64,000 nucleotides of DNA from Bacteriovoracia bacterium (GTDB lineage Bacteria > Bdellovibrionota > UBA1018 > JBFWNL01), in the NCBI GenBank assembly GCA_050251055.1, contig JBFWNL010000001.1, positions 267,825 to 331,824 on the forward strand, written 5' to 3'. Below the pieces are notes generated by a model, which was given only the letters and a program-made list of their open reading frames with translations, did no database searches and had not been told where the DNA came from. This document shows, in pieces, positions 58,441 through 64,000 of the stretch (positions are counted from its first letter, which is position 1; each line of letters starts with the position of its first letter). The translations under genes were made by a program, and so were the position numbers.

Positions 58441-59463
58441 ATGTCAGATATTTTATCGCCCTGGAGCCCCTTGATGAAGACCGCGCTCGAAGCCGCGGCT
58501 GCATTCGAAGGCGCCACTTCGCCGAACCCACCCGTAGGCGCCGTCGGCGTGGACGCGTCCGGTAATGTCTTGTCCGTCGGTGCCCACGTGCGCGCCGGGG
58601 AGCCCCACGCGGAGCAAGTGGTCATCGCGGATTGCCGAGCCCGGGGTATCGATGGTCAACTACACACGCTGGTCGTCACGCTCGAACCCTGTAACCACGT
58701 CGGCCGCACTCCCGCCTGCAGCGAAATCATCTTGTCGATTCCTTCCCTCCGTCGGGTCGTCTACGGCGCCGGCGATCCCAATCCACGCGTAGCCGGTGGT
58801 GGCGGCGAACGGTTGCGCGCGCAGGGTCTGGAAGTCATCGAAGGTGTCGAGCGCGCAGGCTGCGAAAAACTCATCCGTGCGTTCTCCCATCATACGCGGA
58901 CGGGCTTGCCTTGGATCACGATGAAGGTCGCGCTCGATCCCCACGGATCGATGATCCCACCCACGGGACAGAAAACCTTTACGAGCGAGGCTTCGCTTAA
59001 GCTCGCGCACGAACTTCGACGCCGAGCCGACGCGATTCTCACCGGCAGCGGCACGGTGCTCGCCGATTCGCCCGAGTTCACCGTCCGCCACGTGCCTGAT
59101 TTCACCCATAAACGCCGGCGGCTGATCGTGATGGATCGCCGCGGCCAGGTGACGGAAAAAAGTGACTGGTTCGTGCTGGCTCGGGAACGAGGGTTTGACG
59201 TGCAATGCGAAGCACGCCCTCTTCCCATCATTCTCACGGAACTAGGCCGGTCCGGAGTAATGGAACTGCTCGTGGAGGCCGGCCCCACGCTCTCCCGCGC
59301 CCTGCAGCGCGCGGGACTCTGGAACGAGCGCGTGACGATTCAAAGCACGGAAGGCAAAGATGATGTCGTGCAGATACAGTACAATCCGGCTGCGCCGCTC
59401 ACGATTGCCGAAGGGAACGCCACGCCGAACGCCACGGAGGACGAATGTTTACCGGCATCGTAG
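58441..59463 (+). CDS. ribD: bifunctional riboflavin deaminase/reductase RibD
   Basis: SPNPPVGA, HAE, TLEPCNHVGRTPAC, DPNP, LVEAG. Confidence 0.94.
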   Translation: MSDILSPWSPLMKTALEAAAAFEGATSPNPPVGAVGVDASGNVLSVGAHVRAGEPHAEQVVIADCRARGIDGQLHTLVVTLEPCNHVGRTPACSEIILSIPSLRRVVYGAGDPNPRVAGGGGERLRAQGLEVIEGVERAGCEKLIRAFSHHTRTGLPWITMKVALDPHGSMIPPTGQKTFTSEASLKLAHELRRRADAILTGSGTVLADSPEFTVRHVPDFTHKRRRLIVMDRRGQVTEKSDWFVLARERGFDVQCEARPLPIILTELGRSGVMELLVEAGPTLSRALQRAGLWNERVTIQSTEGKDDVVQIQYNPAAPLTIAEGNATPNATEDECLPAS

Positions 59464-60056
59464 AGGCCTTGGGCACCGTCACGCAGGTGGAGCGCGGCGC
59501 GGACTTTACCCGGGTTACCCTGAGCACCGGCTGGGAAGACCTTGCCTTGGGCGAGAGCGTTGCTCTCAATGGCGTCTGCCTCACCGTCGCGGCGGGCTCT
59601 AGCCCCAGCCACACGCTCTTTTTCGTGAGCCCCGAAACGTTGGCTAAAACGAATCTGGGCGAACTGACGAGCGGGACCCGCGTGAACTTAGAGAGGGCGT
59701 TGGCCTTGGGCGCCCGCCTTTCGGGACACTGGGTGCAGGGCCATGTGGACGGGGTTGCCCATTTTCAAGGCGCAGATAAAGACGCGGAAAGTTATCGAAT
59801 CACCGTCGAGTTGCCAGCCGAACTCTCCCGTTATTGTGTCGAAAAAGGCTCGATTTGCCTCGACGGAGTAAGCTTGACCCTCAACCAAGTCGCCCCCCCT
59901 CGGGGAAACGCATTTTCCGTCGGCATCACCCTCATCCCCCACACCTGGGAACACACCCGTTTTCATGCTATGAAGCCGGGCGACCCCATCAACGTGGAGG
60001 TGGATGTGCTGGCCAAGTACGTGGCCAAGAACATGGAGATCCTATGTCGCAACTAA
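59445..60056 (+). CDS. ribE: riboflavin synthase (alpha chain)
   Basis: MFTGIVE, NGVCLTV, VNLERA, GHVD, DGVSLT, IPHT, INVEVD. Confidence 0.96.
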   Translation: MFTGIVEALGTVTQVERGADFTRVTLSTGWEDLALGESVALNGVCLTVAAGSSPSHTLFFVSPETLAKTNLGELTSGTRVNLERALALGARLSGHWVQGHVDGVAHFQGADKDAESYRITVELPAELSRYCVEKGSICLDGVSLTLNQVAPPRGNAFSVGITLIPHTWEHTRFHAMKPGDPINVEVDVLAKYVAKNMEILCRN

Positions 60057-61303
60057 AACTGGCGCTCGAACACCTGCAGCAAGGAAAAATGGTCATTCTC
60101 GTCGACGACGAGGACCGTGAAAACGAAGGAGACCTGGTGTTGCCCGCGCAGCATGTGACGCCCGAGGCGATCAACTTCCTCGCCAAGCACGCCCGCGGCT
60201 TAATCTGCTTGTCGCTCGAAGCAAGCCGCGTGGAAGAGCTACAGATCCCCATGATGACCACGCGCAACCAGTCTCAGCGCCAAACCGCCTTCACCGTCTC
60301 GATCGAGGCGCGCGATGGGATCAGCACCGGCATTTCGGCCGCCGACCGTGCTCACACGGTCAAAGTCGCGATCAACCCTCGCTCCACCGCCAGCGACATC
60401 ATCACTCCCGGCCATGTATTCCCACTGCGCGCGGTGGAAGGCGGCGTGCTCGTGCGCGCTGGGCACACCGAGGGCTCCCTAGATCTCATGCGCATGGCCG
60501 GCCTGCAGCCGGCGGCCGTGATCTGCGAAATCATGAACGAGGACGGCACCATGGCGCGCATGCGCGACCTGCGCGAATTTGCGGCCCGGCACGGGGAAAT
60601 CCCGATCGTGGCAATCAAGGAGCTCATCTCCCACCGCATGGAGAATGAATCGCTCGTCAAGGAAGTCGCATCCTCCAAGCTACCCACCGCTTTCGGTGAA
60701 TTCACGATGCATGCGTTCGTCAGCTTAATCGACGGGGCCGAACACCTGGCGCTCGTACGCACGAAAACAGCAGGGTCGGATCTCAAGCCGGGCCAGGAGA
60801 AATTCCAGGGTCCCGCGCTCGTGCGGGTGCACTCGGAGTGTCTCACGGGCGATGCACTCCTTTCCGCGCGCTGTGATTGCGGCGAGCAGCTGAAATCGGC
60901 GTTGAAGCAGATAGCCGAAAGTGAAAACGGCGTGCTCGTCTACATGCGCCGCCACGAGGGTCGCGGCATAGGACTGCTCAATAAAATCAAAGCCTACGCC
61001 CTGCAAGATCAAGGCATGGATACGGTCGAGGCGAACCGCCATCTGGGTTTTCAGCCCGATTTGCGTCATTACGGAATCGGCGCCCAGATCCTGCGTACCC
61101 TCGGAGTGAAAGAACTGAAGCTGCTTACAAATAACCCGAAGAAGGTCGTCGGGCTCGATGGTTACGGCTTGAAAATCGTCGATCGCGTAGCGATCGAGGC
61201 CTCGCCAAATCCCCATAACTCGCAGTATCTGACGACGAAGCGCGAGAAGCTGGGCCACCAGCTTTCGCTCGTGAACGAAGTAAAACCCGGGAGTTCTAAG
61301 TGA
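60044..61303 (+). CDS. ribBA: DHBP synthase / GTP cyclohydrolase II
   Basis: DDEDRENEGDL, PGHVFPL, RAGHTE, RVHSECLTGD, RCDCG, EGRGIGL, LTNNP. Confidence 0.97.
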   Translation: MSQLKLALEHLQQGKMVILVDDEDRENEGDLVLPAQHVTPEAINFLAKHARGLICLSLEASRVEELQIPMMTTRNQSQRQTAFTVSIEARDGISTGISAADRAHTVKVAINPRSTASDIITPGHVFPLRAVEGGVLVRAGHTEGSLDLMRMAGLQPAAVICEIMNEDGTMARMRDLREFAARHGEIPIVAIKELISHRMENESLVKEVASSKLPTAFGEFTMHAFVSLIDGAEHLALVRTKTAGSDLKPGQEKFQGPALVRVHSECLTGDALLSARCDCGEQLKSALKQIAESENGVLVYMRRHEGRGIGLLNKIKAYALQDQGMDTVEANRHLGFQPDLRHYGIGAQILRTLGVKELKLLTNNPKKVVGLDGYGLKIVDRVAIEASPNPHNSQYLTTKREKLGHQLSLVNEVKPGSSK

Positions 61304-61728
61304 AGTTCGCGATCGTGATCAGCCGCTTCAACGAGGAAGTGACCCGTGGGCTGCTCGCCGGCGCGAAGGCCTACCTGGCGGAAAAGGGCGTCGAGCTCGC
61401 CGACAGCGACGTTACCTGGGCGCCGGGCGCGTTCGAAGCACCCCTTTTGGCTCAGCGCCTTGCGCGCACGGGACGCTTTGACGGCGTGATCTGCCTCGGG
61501 TGCGTGATCAAAGGCGATACTGCCCATTTCGAGTTCATCAGCCTAGGCGCGACCATCGGCATCCAACAGGCGATGCTCACCACCGGCGTGCCGATCAGTT
61601 TTGGCATCCTCACCACCTACACGGACGAGCAGGCCGAAAAGCGCGCCCAGCCCGGCGCCGAAAACAAGGGACGCGAGGCCGCCGCCGCTTGCTTCGAGAC
61701 CGCGCTCACCCTGAAATCGATTTTGTAA
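61300..61728 (+). CDS. ribH: 6,7-dimethyl-8-ribityllumazine synthase
   Basis: SRFN, PGAFE, GCVIKGDTAHF, FGILT, NKG. Confidence 0.96.
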   Translation: MKFAIVISRFNEEVTRGLLAGAKAYLAEKGVELADSDVTWAPGAFEAPLLAQRLARTGRFDGVICLGCVIKGDTAHFEFISLGATIGIQQAMLTTGVPISFGILTTYTDEQAEKRAQPGAENKGREAAAACFETALTLKSIL

Positions 61729-61735
61729 GAGCCGC

Positions 61736-62332
61736 TCACTGACCGAAGCGCCAGCCCAGGGAGATCAGCGGCAGGATCGTACTTTGCCCGTAGCTCACGT
61801 TAGACTGTACGTTCGCCGTGTTGGTCGAAGTGCTGTAGCTCGCCCGATCGTATATAAGTTTGATCCCGACATACATGTGCTTTCCCACCTGAGGCGTGTA
61901 GCCCAGCTCAACCTGGATGCTGTAGCCGCTCCACTTTTCCTCACTCCCTCCGGCCGGAGTCACCGTAGCGCGAGCCAAGGGATTAAATGCGAGCGCCAGC
62001 GAAAAAGCCTGGGCTTTGCCGATATAAACCCCGAACTTCGGGCCGGTAACGAGCGTACTCATACTGCTCGTGCCGGCCGACGTGGTATTGCCCCGCGACT
62101 GCAGTCCTAGATTCCAACCGATGAAGTAAACCTTCGGAATGGAGGCGCCCACGAAGAGGCTTTCGTAGAGCCGGTTGACCTTGTCCTCGCTCGAGCTAGA
62201 AAGAGTGTTGGTGTAATAGAGGAGGTCATTCGTGAAGACGAGCCCCGCTTGCGCCGAAGGCACGGTGAGCAAGCAGGCCACCGTGCCTAAGCTAAGCCCA
62301 CGGGCGAGATTTCTGATTTTCGGGAAATTCAT
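61736..62332 (-). CDS. probable outer-membrane beta-barrel protein
   Basis: Signal peptide ending SAQA; amphipathic strands; ends ISLGWRF. Confidence 0.7.
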   Translation of the reverse strand: MNFPKIRNLARGLSLGTVACLLTVPSAQAGLVFTNDLLYYTNTLSSSSEDKVNRLYESLFVGASIPKVYFIGWNLGLQSRGNTTSAGTSSMSTLVTGPKFGVYIGKAQAFSLALAFNPLARATVTPAGGSEEKWSGYSIQVELGYTPQVGKHMYVGIKLIYDRASYSTSTNTANVQSNVSYGQSTILPLISLGWRFGQ

Positions 62333-62456
62333 TTCCAACCGCACTTTCTCCACCATCTCTATAACTCAATTAGAACATACAGTTACGGGGATGAACAAGC
62401 CTCGACATAATTTGGCATTGCCGTGCGTCGTGGGGCTGTTTTATGACTGGCAGACT

Positions 62457-63170
62457 TTGAAAACCCTGACGCCCATCCAAATCATCCAACTGCTCGACCC
62501 TTATTTAAGTTCGGAGCGTAAACGACGGATTTCAGAGGTAATTCAAGGGCGCACGCGAACTGTGGTACCCGTACTGGATCGAGTTTGCGACCTCGGTAAC
62601 ATAAACGCGGTCTTAAGAAGTGCCGAAGCCCTGGGTTTCGACCAAATCGAGATTATCGAATCCGGCGACGGTTACAAGACCTCCAATCGCGCCAGCCAAG
62701 GCACCGATAAGTGGCTAACCATGCGTAAGTGGCAAGATCCCGCGCGCTGCCTAGAGCAGTTGAAGCAGGACGGGTATCGCATCTACGCGACTCACCTTTC
62801 ACCGACGGCGGTGCCTATCCATGAACTCGATTTTACGCAAAAGTGCGCCGTGGTGCTCGGCAATGAAAAAGAAGGAGTAGGCGCCGAGGTCCTGCAACGT
62901 GCGGATGCCACTTTCATGATCCCCATGTATGGCTTCGCCCAAAGTTTCAATATCTCGGTGGCGGCGGCGCTTTGCTTTAATCACATCGCGTCCGATCGCA
63001 TGCGGCGGCAAGGACGGCACGGAGACCTGAGCCCGGAAGCCCGAGAAGAGTTGCAAGCAAGATACTTCGAACTCTCCGTTCCTTCGGCAGAGCCGATTCT
63101 TGAGCGTCTTGTCCGCGACGGCGCAGCGCCCAGGAGACAAGACACGGCGGAATCTCCGAACTCCCGATAA
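62457..63170 (+). CDS. trmH: TrmH/SpoU-family RNA methyltransferase
   Basis: GNINAVLRSAEALG, LGNEKEG, IPMYGFAQSFNISVAAA; start (TTG 62457) uncertain. Confidence 0.85.
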   Translation: MKTLTPIQIIQLLDPYLSSERKRRISEVIQGRTRTVVPVLDRVCDLGNINAVLRSAEALGFDQIEIIESGDGYKTSNRASQGTDKWLTMRKWQDPARCLEQLKQDGYRIYATHLSPTAVPIHELDFTQKCAVVLGNEKEGVGAEVLQRADATFMIPMYGFAQSFNISVAAALCFNHIASDRMRRQGRHGDLSPEAREELQARYFELSVPSAEPILERLVRDGAAPRRQDTAESPNSR

Positions 63171-63181
63171 AATAATCTTCC

Positions 63182-64000
63182 ATGCATCCCGAGACCATTA
63201 GCACGCCGATTTCGAACCTGCTCGCAGGCCTGGGCGCTTCCATCACCTTCGCCGCAGCCGCAATTTTGTTTCGAGAATACGCGCTCCGTGTCTCCACCAT
63301 CTGGATGAACGCCTTCAAGGCCACCGTCGCGCTGACTGCGTTCATCGTTGTTTCGATTTTCGTTTCCGATTGGCGGGCGTTCATCACCCACCCACAAGCG
63401 CCCACCGTAGTCGGGGCTTTTCTTCTAAGCGGACTGGCCGGCTTGAATATTGGCGACTTTTTTCTGGTGCAGGCGTTCACGCGCCTAGGGTCCTCGCGTA
63501 CGCTGATGATTTTCAGTTTCCAGCCGCTACTACTGGCATTGGGCGGGGCGGTGCTGCTCTCTCAAGCCTTAACGGGTCACCAGCTCGCCGCGATCCTCTG
63601 TCTGATCGGGTGCGTACTTATCCTGAGCTACGAACGCTACCGGATCGCCGGCCGCTGGGAAATCCGCGGGCTATGCGAAGCCTTTGCTGGCGTAACGCTC
63701 GACGGCGTGGGCGTTTTGATCTCGCGCTGGGCCTTTGAGCAAGGTACGGGCGTCGACGTACTGCAAGGCAGCCTCTTTCGCTGCGTAGGCGCCTGCTTGG
63801 GTTTCGCGGGTCTTGGCTTTTTCCGTCGAAGCACCTTTCGCGCTAAACCTTTTCTGAAAAGTTTTGTGAATCTCAGCACGCGTGACCGCGGGATCGTCCT
63901 CATCGCTAGTTTTATGGGCACGTTCATGAGCCTTTGGCTCTGGACCTACGCCATTAGCTCGGGACATTTGGCGAGCGTCGTGGCTCTGGGGGGAACGGGT
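63182..64000 (+). CDS. EamA/DMT-family transporter, 3'-truncated by window edge
   Basis: Open frame from ATG 63182 (MHPETISTPISNLLAGLGASITFA...LSGLAGLNIGDFFL...RLGSSRTLMIF..QP), multi-TM; absent from the ORF track because it has no stop. Confidence 0.8.
   Translation, partial: MHPETISTPISNLLAGLGASITFAAAAILFREYALRVSTIWMNAFKATVALTAFIVVSIFVSDWRAFITHPQAPTVVGAFLLSGLAGLNIGDFFLVQAFTRLGSSRTLMIFSFQPLLLALGGAVLLSQALTGHQLAAILCLIGCVLILSYERYRIAGRWEIRGLCEAFAGVTLDGVGVLISRWAFEQGTGVDVLQGSLFRCVGACLGFAGLGFFRRSTFRAKPFLKSFVNLSTRDRGIVLIASFMGTFMSLWLWTYAISSGHLASVVALGGTG

Noticed and set aside
62413-62426. Sigma54 promoter-like TGGCATTGCCGTGC
   Set aside because: GG-to-GC spacing is 9 nt, not the required 10

Overview
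GC-rich bacterial chromosomal segment. Its gene content (many small beta-barrel OMPs, secreted HExxH metalloproteases, PilZ-like and TIGR02147-like proteins, sigma54 activators) suggests Bdellovibrionota, which is an inference. Housekeeping blocks are Rrf2/IscR-like-iscS-mnmA-mtaB, rnc-era-der, yfgM-bamB-like, GMP reductase-like, queE-queC, ltaE, fsa/tal, tRNA-Leu(GAG), srkA, ribD-ribE-ribBA-ribH and trmH. Secreted orphan genes are interspersed among them. No CRISPR array, prophage or IS element was seen. Most notable: (1) a 28-bp dif-like Xer site at 26484-26511, suggesting the window spans the replication terminus; (2) an intact XerC/D-like protein with three catalytic residues substituted, a candidate pseudo-recombinase; (3) a secreted protein with 20 cysteines in mirror-symmetric spacing, predicting a long disulfide-laddered beta-hairpin; (4) a coupled operon of a GcvT-like folate enzyme and two CrtI-like flavoproteins; (5) four sigma54 promoters, one driving a sensor-less activator and three driving secreted-protein genes; (6) a PMT/GT39 glycosyltransferase overlapping a candidate substrate gene; (7) several apparently leaderless sigma70 transcripts. 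All calls come from reading the sequence by eye; no database searches were run.
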